NCBI GenBank assembly: GCA_964547985.1
Contig: CAZJPV010000005.1
Location: forward strand, 7,755-71,754
Direction of reading: 5' to 3'
Length of the DNA: 64,000 nucleotides
DNA from: an uncultured Syntrophaceae bacterium
GTDB lineage: Bacteria > Desulfobacterota > Syntrophia > Syntrophales > UBA2192
The number at the start of each line of letters is the position of its first letter. Positions within the stretch are counted from its first letter, which is position 1. Of the stretch, positions 26,777 through 35,204 are shown one piece after another. A program made the translations under genes and the position numbers. The notes beneath the pieces are model-generated. The model ran no database searches. It worked only from the letters and a program-made list of their open reading frames with translations, and had not been told where the DNA came from.

Positions 26777-27283
26777 ATGAAAAGATCAGTGGGACTCACA
26801 ATCATGAGTGTATTTCTCACGCTGTGTCTCATCATAGTAACTGCTGAAAATATTTGCAGTGAAGAGTACAGCACTTTGAAAGGTCTGAAATCCGTTAAGG
26901 CGGTATTCGATTTCGAATTAGGAAACCCACAGAGCGCATTGCTGCATCTCCAGGTCGTTCACCAGACTTTCAAGGATAAAAACATATGGATAGGAAAGAA
27001 GAAGCCGAATATTGTGGTTGTTTTCATCGGTCCTTCTGTAAAGCTGGCATCCACAAACAGGGATGGTTTTACTGCTGAGGATCAGAAAATCCTCAATGAG
27101 TATGCAAGCACTGTATCGGCAATGGCAAAGGACGGGATCCAGTTTGAAATTTGTCTTATTGCCGTTAAGGTTGCTGGCGTGGAGCCGTCCTCGATCTTAC
27201 CGGAGATCAAGCAGGTCGGCAATGGATGGATTTCCCTGATCGGATATGAGGCTAAGGGCTACGCCTTAGTCCCTGTCATTTGA
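26777..27283 (+). CDS. Secreted DsrE/DsrF-like (sulfur-relay fold) protein
   Basis: Signal peptide followed by VKAVFDF...VVVFIGPSVKL...FEICLIAVK, the pattern of COG1416/DsrE-like proteins. Assignment is from memory. Confidence 0.55.
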   Translation: MKRSVGLTIMSVFLTLCLIIVTAENICSEEYSTLKGLKSVKAVFDFELGNPQSALLHLQVVHQTFKDKNIWIGKKKPNIVVVFIGPSVKLASTNRDGFTAEDQKILNEYASTVSAMAKDGIQFEICLIAVKVAGVEPSSILPEIKQVGNGWISLIGYEAKGYALVPVI

Positions 27284-27316
27284 GAAGAAGCGGTCACAAT
27301 GAAAGCCGCAAAGAAA

Positions 27317-27350
27317 ACGCCCGCTGGACTGAAACCCCGCGGGCGTTTTC
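27317..27350 (+). terminator. Rho-independent terminator after the DsrE-like gene
   Basis: Stem acgcccgc/gcgggcgt (27317-27324 / 27339-27346) followed by TTTT. Confidence 0.75.
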
Positions 27351-27750
27351 TACTGTGACGGCTGAATCTTACTGACGTTTCGATGCTACCCCATTTATAC
27401 ATCGATCGTGTTTTTTGTTCTCCTTACCCCCTTTCTCTCTGTAGCCTTTTTAGGTTATTTGGAGCAGCCAGAGTTTGAACTCCACCTGGTCATACTTAAC
27501 AGCTGTGCTGAAAAAACCAGCTGTTGACCGCGCACTTCAGGAATCAGATTTCAAAAGCGGTTCGAATCAGCTCAACAAGCACACCGAGAGCCGTAACGAT
27601 GACAAGAAAGATTGTCGAAAATAAACAATCTTCCATGGTTTTCTGTCGCCTGATCAACCTTGTTTTTAATTTTGCATAAAATGGCGAACAAGGGAATCGG
27701 GCGATCCCCCATTTTGCACTTCGTATTTCCTTACGCACCGACGGTTCGTC

Positions 27751-28131
27751 TTGGGCATGCTGGAAGCGGGCGCGTCGGGTTACCTCATGAAAAATTGCGC
27801 CTTCGATGAACTGGCCAAGGCCGTCCGCAGCGTTGCAACAGGTCAGACCTATTTGAGCCCGGGCATTGCGGATGTGCTCGTGAAGGGATATCTCGACAAG
27901 GTCAACGAGAAACTTTCCGTAGCACGCTCCCCACTGACGCAGAGGGAGCGGGAAATCCTCCAGCTCCTTGCGGAGGGGCAGTCATCAAAAGAAATAGCCG
28001 CGCACCTTAACGTGAGCGTGAAAACCGTCGAGACCCACCGCCGGAACATGATGCAGAAACTGAATATGCGTAGCGTCGCCGAGCTCACAAAATATGCCAT
28101 CCGGGAAGGACTGATCAGCGTCGAAGATTAA
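27751..28131 (+). pseudogene. 5'-truncated NarL/FixJ-type response regulator (last receiver helix plus LuxR HTH only)
   Basis: The ORF begins inside the receiver (LEAGASGYLMK). The linker and LuxR HTH are intact (LTQREREILQLLAEGQSSKEIAAHLNVSVKTVETHRRNMMQKL). No phospho-acceptor Asp region lies upstream, and the start is TTG. Confidence 0.65.
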
Positions 28132-28383
28132 GAACATCAGCTTTTTATCCCTCTTTTTCCTTGAAAAGTCTGCACCGAAAGGTCTACTGAGGGGCTACTT
28201 TTTGATCCCGGCAATCTGCCAGGCGCTTAATCCCGCCGCGATGATCCACAATCACCCCCATATTTTGTGGTCGTTTTCCGGGACGAGCTTTGTCCACCAT
28301 GGTCCTGAAAGTTCGGTTAAGAGGGTTCGACTACCACTGTTTCAGCAAAAAGCGCATAAATATTAAATGCTTAGCTTAAACAC

Positions 28384-28416
28384 AGGCCCTCGCCAACCGG
28401 CGAGGGCCTTCTTTTT
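28384..28416 (+). terminator. Rho-independent terminator
   Basis: 11-bp stem aggccctcgcc/ggcgagggcct with loop AACC, followed by TCTTTTT. Confidence 0.75.
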
Positions 28417-28515
28417 ATCTTCACGCAGGCCAGTATATTTCTTTATTGAAAATGCCTGAAAAATGTGGATGATAGAGCTTCTTCAGGGAAATCCAGGGAT
28501 ACCCGGAGGGGAATC

Positions 28516-28971
28516 ATGGAAAAAGGGGTCATTGATTGCTTGGCCGACGAATCGAAGCTCGACCGGTGCGTCAGGAGGCTGGGTGAAATCATGGAGGAAC
28601 TCGGAGAGGTCGGCCTCTTCCTCGAAAAATCCAGCGCCGCCATGGCGGAGCACGGCAGAAAGATCAAATCCGAGGAGGAACGCCTCGATAAGCTCAAGAA
28701 TGAAATTCGGGAGACCAAGATCCCCGGCTTCTGCGGCGTCAAGCTGCTCCAGGAGGCAAGCGCCCTGATTGACATCATCGGGGTCCGTATCTCCTACCTG
28801 AGGGGCCTCGGCGAGGGTGTCAACACCAAGAAGATCGACTCCATCGAAAAATTTATCCATGAAAAACTGCAGCCCATCCTCACGGTGAGCTTCAAAGAGA
28901 TGGCGCATTTCGGGTCCATGGACGAAAAAAAGATCCTAGAAGCCATCCTGGCCAGAGGAAGCAGCCAGTGA
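28516..28971 (+). CDS. Hypothetical helical protein
   Basis: GGAGGGG lies 5 nt before ATG 28516. The protein is charged and helical, with no motif. It sits 23 nt upstream of the C39-like peptidase gene. Confidence 0.55.
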   Translation: MEKGVIDCLADESKLDRCVRRLGEIMEELGEVGLFLEKSSAAMAEHGRKIKSEEERLDKLKNEIRETKIPGFCGVKLLQEASALIDIIGVRISYLRGLGEGVNTKKIDSIEKFIHEKLQPILTVSFKEMAHFGSMDEKKILEAILARGSSQ

Positions 28972-28994
28972 TTGGGGCAAGCGACCGGTAGAAT

Positions 28995-29516
28995 ATGAAA
29001 ATGATGCATTACCCGACGGTGAAACAGCGGACCCACGACGACTGCGGTGCGGCCTGCGTGTCTTCCATCCTTCGTTACCATAACCGGAGACACAAGTACG
29101 TGAGGCTTTGCCGGGAGCTCAAGCTCAGCAAGATCGGTGTCGACGAATCCGAGATGGTCCGGTTTCTTCAGGCGGAGGGATTCAAGGCCGAGCTCCTGGT
29201 CGACCTCACTTCCGACGGGCTTATCGAGTGCCTGAAGGCGGAAAAGCCGGTGATTCTGATCATCCAGGCCTGGAGCCGGAAGAAGGCCGAAACTTACGCC
29301 TGCGCGGATTACGGGCATTATGTGATGGCGATCGGTTACAACGATGACAGAATCTATTTCATGGACCCGGCCCTGCGATTCGGGACCTACGGATTCATGG
29401 CGAGAGAAGAGCTCGAGAAGAGGTGGTATCTCGTCGGCGAGGGGGGGAGCAGGAAAAGAATCGGCATCGTCGTGGATCCGGGCAACGACGAAAGAAGGAT
29501 GATTCACATTGATTGA
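28995..29516 (+). CDS. Stand-alone papain-like peptidase, C39-like (Peptidase_C39_2 type)
   Basis: Q...DDCGAACVSSIL (Gln plus catalytic Cys) and a later GHYVMAIGY (His) in C39 order. There is no ABC-transporter fusion. Confidence 0.65.
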   Translation: MKMMHYPTVKQRTHDDCGAACVSSILRYHNRRHKYVRLCRELKLSKIGVDESEMVRFLQAEGFKAELLVDLTSDGLIECLKAEKPVILIIQAWSRKKAETYACADYGHYVMAIGYNDDRIYFMDPALRFGTYGFMAREELEKRWYLVGEGGSRKRIGIVVDPGNDERRMIHID

Positions 29517-29771
29517 CGACCCCGGCGGGTACAAAGGCCCCACAGGCCGCTCCCAAGGCGGCTTTTTTATTTGATACATCCGCGCCCCGAAATCCTGCGG
29601 ATTTCGAGGTACCCCGTGGAAAAATCAGATCAAAAACAGAAATCATCTTGAATAATTTCGCATTATGAGATAACGATTCATTATTTTCACCCGCGACGAA
29701 CAAGCGTTCATCGGTCGGCGGTTAAAGTTCATTCCTTCTCATGATGGTTCGCAAAAAAAAGGGGGGGATCC

Positions 29772-30782
29772 ATGAAAAGCAAGAGGACGGGCAGGATCGG
29801 GAGCCTCGATTGCCGTTCCATCCGGAAATTCATCGACAACCATTTCTCGCACTTCAATGCCTACGCCCTGAAAGCGGCATCACAAGCCTATATCCAGCAT
29901 CTCCGTAAAGGCAACCGGATGCTTCTGGCCATGGCCGGCGCCATGAGCACGGCGGAGATCGGCGGCACCCTCGCAGAGATGATCCGGAAGGACAAAGTGC
30001 ACGCCATCTGCACAACCGGTGCGAATCTCGAAGAAGACATCTTCAACCTCATTGCCCATGATCACTACGAACATATCCCCCACTACCGGCAGCTGGCGTC
30101 CCGGGACGAAGAAAACCTTTACAAAAGAGGCCTGAACCGTGTCACCGATACCTGTATTCCGGAGACCGAGGCGATGCGCCGGGTGCAGGGTCATCTCCTC
30201 GAATGCGTCAGAAGGGCCGAACAGAAAGGTCAAAGATTCTTTCCCTTTGAATTTTTCTATCAGATGATCCGGCGTGGCGATCTCAAGTCTTATTATCAAA
30301 TTGATCCCAGAAATTCCTGGGTCGCCGCGGCCTGCAAAAAGAACCTCCCCATCTGGACGCCCGGCTGGGAAGATTCCACGCTGGGGAATTATATTGTCGC
30401 GTCATCACGGAGAAAGATGATCTCCGGTTTCGGGACCGTGAAATCAGGCCTCGAGCAGATGAATTTCCTGATTGACTGGTACCTCCAGAATACCAAGAAG
30501 GGGACCATCGGTTTTTTCCAGATAGGCGGTGGTATTGCCGGGGACTTTGCCATCTGCGTCGTACCGCTGATCACCCAGGACCTGAAAGGGAAGTGCAAAT
30601 ACTGGGGTTATTTCTGCCAGATCTCGGACAGTACGACCTCTTACGGATCCTACAGCGGCGCTTCGCCCAACGAAAAAATCACATGGGGAAAACTGTCGGC
30701 CGCCACGCCTAAATTCCACATCGAATCAGACGCGACCATCGTGGCCCCGCTGATGTTCGCTTACATACTCGCGGCAAGGTAA
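29772..30782 (+). CDS. Deoxyhypusine synthase family protein
   Basis: LAMAGAMSTAEIGG, ICTTGANLEEDIFN and FFQIGGGIAGDF are characteristic of DHS-like NAD-binding proteins. Confidence 0.75.
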   Translation: MKSKRTGRIGSLDCRSIRKFIDNHFSHFNAYALKAASQAYIQHLRKGNRMLLAMAGAMSTAEIGGTLAEMIRKDKVHAICTTGANLEEDIFNLIAHDHYEHIPHYRQLASRDEENLYKRGLNRVTDTCIPETEAMRRVQGHLLECVRRAEQKGQRFFPFEFFYQMIRRGDLKSYYQIDPRNSWVAAACKKNLPIWTPGWEDSTLGNYIVASSRRKMISGFGTVKSGLEQMNFLIDWYLQNTKKGTIGFFQIGGGIAGDFAICVVPLITQDLKGKCKYWGYFCQISDSTTSYGSYSGASPNEKITWGKLSAATPKFHIESDATIVAPLMFAYILAAR

Positions 30783-31438
30783 GGGACCCCGGGTCAAACA
30801 ACCAAAAGCCCGCCAGGGTATGTCAGCATTATCGTCACGAAAGATCCCGCCTCCGTCTGCCAGCCGACCGTTTTACATTTGAACATCCCTGTATTATCCT
30901 CCCGAACGTAAAGATTGTGAGTTACGAAACCTCAAAATAATCATTTTAAATTATGATTTATAATCAATATGATATGCCGTTTTCATAGAAAAAATATGAT
31001 ATTTTTAGGTCTCAGACAAATTTGTCGAAAGGGATACAGGCAGGGTCCACATAACAATTCGTTTTGATAATGTTTTTGCAGTTTGAGGTCAAAATATTCG
31101 ACAATTGTTGCCTCACCGCAAATGCCGACTCAGGGAGGTCAGGAAGGGATATAAAGAAAATGCATAATGTATTCAATATGTTGATAAATTTTTTTACATT
31201 CGGCACGGTAACTGCATTGAATAGAGGTGTAAAATTGTGATTAAGAACGCTCTTTACAGATCAAATAGACATTATCTCGCCCCGGCCCTACCGACCGTTA
31301 AGGTTGACAGTTTCCCCCTCCTTTACTGTTGGCCTTAAAATGGGGTTTTCCCCTCCTCCTTTGCCCCGTGGTAATCGGTAGGGCAGGGCTGTTTCTGGGG
31401 TCAGGTAAAAACGATTTTCCCTTCATCAGCCATCGCTC

Positions 31439-32674
31439 TTATTTTTTCGATGACGATTTAACAAAGAAAAAGAATCCCACCGCCAAAACGGCCGCCAGCG
31501 CATCGAGTGCGAAGGCAAGACCGTAACTGCCTGTCGTATCCCGGAGCATTCCGCCCATCCAGTGAGACCCTATGGCGCCGAGACCGTAAAAGGGGGTCCA
31601 TGCACCGATCACAGTCCCCATAATCTCTTTTCTGAAATAATCCCCGGCACAGGCCCCGTAGATGGGGAAGGTGACACCATAGAATACGGCCAGCAGGGCA
31701 ACGAAGAGGGCCAGCAGTAGCCAGGAGGTCCCGTGCATCAGGATGCCGATGACTGCCAGCGCGATGAAGGCATCGGAGATCAGGATCATTTTATGGCGGC
31801 CGATGTAATCCGAAAGAGGCAGCACGGTTAAAACACCGGCGACCTGGGCGATGCCATGGATCGTGGCAAGGGAACTTGCCTTTTCCAGGGATAGGCCGAG
31901 TTCGTAACGGGCATAGTCAACCATGAAGGTTGTGATGCCGTAGAGGCTGTAGGAGATCAGAAAATAGGAAATACCGATCAACCAGAAAACCCGATACCCA
32001 AAGATATCCGATGCAGGGTACCGCCCGGTTGTGTGAGCCTTCGCAGGAGGTCCATGTGTGGAAGCGTCCGGCTCGCCCCAGGGCCGCGCACCCGACGATT
32101 CAGGATCCCGCCTGAGAAAGAGCCCGTTCATGACCACCATGGCAAGGGCCGCGGCACCGATGAAATACCAGGCGTGCCGCCACGTGAAGTGATGAACGAT
32201 CAAGGGGAAGGCCGCTCCCATGGTCGCGAAGCCAAGCCCGTAGCCTGTGGAGAGGATGCCGAGAGCCAGTCCCCTGCGATGAGGGGCGAACCAGCGCTGG
32301 ACGACCGTGATGACGGGTGTCCACATCCCTGTGGCCCCCAGGCCGACAACGGCAAAAGCCAGACAGGCAAAAAGGAGAGAATCCACCTTGCCCATGAGGA
32401 GGAGGCCCGCACCAAGGATCAGAGAGCAGACCGTGATGACCAGGCGTGCGCCGAACCGGTCCGTCAGGTAACCGGCTAAGGGCGTGAAGAGAATGTAGGT
32501 GAAGAGATAGGCGTTGAAGATCGATCCGGCATCCGTCCGGCTGATGCTCAGATCCCTGATCATTTCAGGCAGGACGACGCCGTATCCGAGCCTGGCCGAG
32601 TAACTGATGAACAGGTTGACGAAACAGACGGCGAGGACGACCCAGGCCCAGTGGAAGGTCACCGGAGGAACCAT
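31439..32674 (-). CDS. MFS transporter (oxalate/formate-antiporter-like)
   Basis: 411 aa with 12 predicted helices. GYLTDRFGARLV loop motif between TM2 and TM3. Confidence 0.85.
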   Translation of the reverse strand: MVPPVTFHWAWVVLAVCFVNLFISYSARLGYGVVLPEMIRDLSISRTDAGSIFNAYLFTYILFTPLAGYLTDRFGARLVITVCSLILGAGLLLMGKVDSLLFACLAFAVVGLGATGMWTPVITVVQRWFAPHRRGLALGILSTGYGLGFATMGAAFPLIVHHFTWRHAWYFIGAAALAMVVMNGLFLRRDPESSGARPWGEPDASTHGPPAKAHTTGRYPASDIFGYRVFWLIGISYFLISYSLYGITTFMVDYARYELGLSLEKASSLATIHGIAQVAGVLTVLPLSDYIGRHKMILISDAFIALAVIGILMHGTSWLLLALFVALLAVFYGVTFPIYGACAGDYFRKEIMGTVIGAWTPFYGLGAIGSHWMGGMLRDTTGSYGLAFALDALAAVLAVGFFFFVKSSSKK

Positions 32675-32697
32675 GCGTTTCTCCTTACAGGATCATC

Positions 32698-33273
32698 TCA
32701 GCCGTGAAGTCTTTTCAGCAGCCAGGCCATGTTTTCACCCAGGGTCTTCATGGTCTGAATCCCCTCGGTGTCCTTCAACACCTCGCCGGGGTCTCTCCCG
32801 ATGCCGATGTTCCAGTAGCTGGAACCCGGCAGGATCATCTGCATGTAGTGCAGGAACAGGTTCATGGAGCTGAAGGCGGGAATGGCACCGGCCCGCCTCA
32901 CGGCCACAACGGAAGAACCGACCTTCCGTTTCAGCATGTAGTCATTCGCCCGGCCTACGAATCCGCATCGCTCGATGAGGGCCCTCATGTTCGAGGTGAC
33001 GTCGGAGAAGTACGTGGGTGAGCCGAGGAGAACCCCGTCGGCCTCGCGTATCTTTGCGATGTATTCGTTCATTTTATCCTTGTCATTGACGCACCGCCCG
33101 TCCTTGTTCTTGAAACACTTGTAGCAGGCGAGACATCCCTGGAGATTCTGGCCCGCCATCTGGAGCAATTCCGTTTTGATGCCTTCCTTTTTCAGTTCCT
33201 CCAGGACCGTGTTGAGCAGAATTGCCGTATTGCCGTTCTTCCTCGCGCTTCCGTTGATTGCCACCACTTTCAT
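32698..33273 (-). CDS. Flavodoxin-like NADPH-dependent FMN reductase / iron-sulfur flavoprotein-like
   Basis: MKVVAINGSARKNGNT..., GSPTYF and a Cys cluster CLACYKCFKNKDGRC. Confidence 0.8.
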   Translation of the reverse strand: MKVVAINGSARKNGNTAILLNTVLEELKKEGIKTELLQMAGQNLQGCLACYKCFKNKDGRCVNDKDKMNEYIAKIREADGVLLGSPTYFSDVTSNMRALIERCGFVGRANDYMLKRKVGSSVVAVRRAGAIPAFSSMNLFLHYMQMILPGSSYWNIGIGRDPGEVLKDTEGIQTMKTLGENMAWLLKRLHG

Positions 33274-33311
33274 TGAAGTCCAATCTCCTTTCCTTTCTCT
33301 CCGGTGTATGT

Positions 33312-34013
33312 CTATCGCTTCTTGAAAAGCTCCGGCAGGGCCGTCCCGGCCCCGGCCCGTATCGTCTCGTCGTAGAGGTGTGACATCTCGTTCGGCTCGG
33401 GGTTGATTTCGATCAAGCGCGCGCCGTTTTCCCTGGCGATCTGCGGGAACCCCGCGGCGGGCCAGACAACGCCCGAGGTCCCGATACTAACGAAGAGGTC
33501 GCACTTCCGGATCGCACCGGTCGCCTCACCGACGACTGCCGGGTCGAGCCTGTCCCCGAACCAGACGATATCCGGACGGAGCCAGCTTCCGCAATCCCGG
33601 CATTTGTAGCTCCGGTATTTCTCTCCCATATCCTCGATGACCCCGTGCCAGGGGCAGCGAAGCCGCCAAAGGCTCCCGTGAAGCTCGACCACTTTCCTGT
33701 TCCCCGCGCGCTGGTGCATGCCGTCGATGTTCTGGGTGACGACGGTGACACTCGGGTGAGCCTTCTCCTGGGCGGCGATCACGTCATGTCCCGCGTGGGG
33801 CCTGCAGGCCAGCACCGCCTGCCGCCTGAGTTCATGGAAGTCAAGGACCTTTTGTGGGTCATCCTCGAAGGCCGTCTGACAGGCGTATTCCTGCCAGCGG
33901 TACTGGCTCCAGACACCGCCGCTCCCCCGGTAGGTGGGAACGCCGCTTTCGGCGGACATCCCGGCCCCGGTAAAAAAGACGATGTTCTTATAACACGAAA
34001 AGTCAATTTCCAT
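33312..34013 (-). CDS. cobB: NAD-dependent protein deacylase (Sir2/CobB family)
   Basis: FFTGAGMSAESGVPTYRG, QNIDGMH and a Zn ribbon (CPWHG...CRDCG). Confidence 0.9.
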   Translation of the reverse strand: MEIDFSCYKNIVFFTGAGMSAESGVPTYRGSGGVWSQYRWQEYACQTAFEDDPQKVLDFHELRRQAVLACRPHAGHDVIAAQEKAHPSVTVVTQNIDGMHQRAGNRKVVELHGSLWRLRCPWHGVIEDMGEKYRSYKCRDCGSWLRPDIVWFGDRLDPAVVGEATGAIRKCDLFVSIGTSGVVWPAAGFPQIARENGARLIEINPEPNEMSHLYDETIRAGAGTALPELFKKR

Positions 34014-34105
34014 GGCCGTCTCCTTGGGGTGTTCACAACCTGTCGCATACCTCTCGAAGGTCTGGGCCGTCGGGAGAGAGACCGGGCAACCCAGAGGTCG
34101 TGGTC

Positions 34106-34501
34106 CTATATCAGACCGACGAGGGAGAGCCCTACCATTATGTTGACAACCGACAGGAATAAAGTGATACGGCCCGACCAGACGTGGAGTTGTCTCAACC
34201 CCGACCTCATCTGCAAAATTCCCGTCTGCATCTGACCGAGAAGAATCGTTGAGAGAGCAATCAAAAAAACAACCATACCGAGATAGGCGTGAGGGACTGC
34301 GAAATGCTCGTTTCTATCCAGGGAAAGTTGAAGGGCCTCCGCAAAGAAACCCAGGACCATGACGACAAATCCCGTCAGGGCTAGGGCCCGGTGTGACTTG
34401 AACCACCATTTCCGCGCCCTGGCAAAACGGGCAATGGCCACCGCCGTTGCCATGAGCAGAAACCCGGTCAGCATCATGCCGGCGTGAGTCAAAAGGAGCA
34501 T
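34106..34501 (-). CDS. Four-helix membrane protein with conserved-looking His residues (possible b-type heme binder)
   Basis: 131 aa with four TM helices and His residues near the helix ends (KSHRAL, VPHAYL, LHVWSG). Function not established. Confidence 0.5.
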   Translation of the reverse strand: MLLLTHAGMMLTGFLLMATAVAIARFARARKWWFKSHRALALTGFVVMVLGFFAEALQLSLDRNEHFAVPHAYLGMVVFLIALSTILLGQMQTGILQMRSGLRQLHVWSGRITLFLSVVNIMVGLSLVGLI

Positions 34502-34715
34502 TCCGATATCCCCTGAAATTTTGGAACTATATTAGCGGCAATTTGAGGAATGTCAACCGCAACCATAGCCAGGCCATACCGGGGTTTTGGCCCCATGACC
34601 GCTCAGGGTTCAAATAGCCTGTTTTCTGGCATGGTTCCTGAATATTGAGGGCTCAAGTTGTTATTTCTCTTCGAAAGTCAGGAAGAATAGACCCCGCGAA
34701 GGCAGGTAAGGAACC

Positions 34716-35117
34716 ATGAAACCGCAGGAACTCAAGTATTTCAAGAAGATGCTCAATGAGCGGATCGATGAGCTCATCAAGGGCGCGGGCAGGACCGTAA
34801 GCGAGATGGCCGGCGAAGAAGAAGTTTTTGCCGACCCTAACGACAGGGCCTCGCAGGAGAGCGAGAGAAACCTCGAGCTGAGGATCCGGGAAAGGGAGCG
34901 CAAACTGATTTTCAAGATGAGGGAGGCCCTCCAGCGGATCGAAGACGGCACTTTCGGCATCTGTGAAGAGTGTGAGGAGCCCATCTCCCTTCAGAGGCTC
35001 AAGGCACGGCCGGTGACGACCTTCTGCATTGAATGCAAAACCCGTGAGGAGCAGCTGCAAAAACTCCAGGGCAGGACCTCCGGGTTCGTACCAGCCTTTT
35101 TGGGAGAGGGTTCTTAG
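34716..35117 (+). CDS. dksA: DksA/TraR-family C4 zinc-finger regulator
   Basis: Coiled-coil N-terminus and CEECEEPI...CIEC zinc finger. Confidence 0.88.
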   Translation: MKPQELKYFKKMLNERIDELIKGAGRTVSEMAGEEEVFADPNDRASQESERNLELRIRERERKLIFKMREALQRIEDGTFGICEECEEPISLQRLKARPVTTFCIECKTREEQLQKLQGRTSGFVPAFLGEGS

Positions 35118-35160
35118 GGCTCAGGGCACAACGCACAGGACAGAGGAAGAAACAAAGAAA

Positions 35161-35194
35161 GATCGGGGAGCGCCTCCTCGGTCTTTTTCTTTTT
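35161..35194 (+). terminator. Rho-independent terminator after dksA
   Basis: 10-bp stem (gatcggggag/ctcctcggtc, two G-U pairs) with a 3-nt loop, followed by TTTTTCTTTTT. Confidence 0.6.
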
Positions 35195-35204
35195 ACGCGG
35201 AGCC

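Noticed and set aside
28300-28345. tRNA-like T-arm string (GGTTCGACT) in the 250-nt non-coding stretch after the LuxR fragment
   Set aside because: No complementary T-stem, acceptor stem or anticodon arm can be drawn around it, so it is not a tRNA or a recognisable tmRNA piece.
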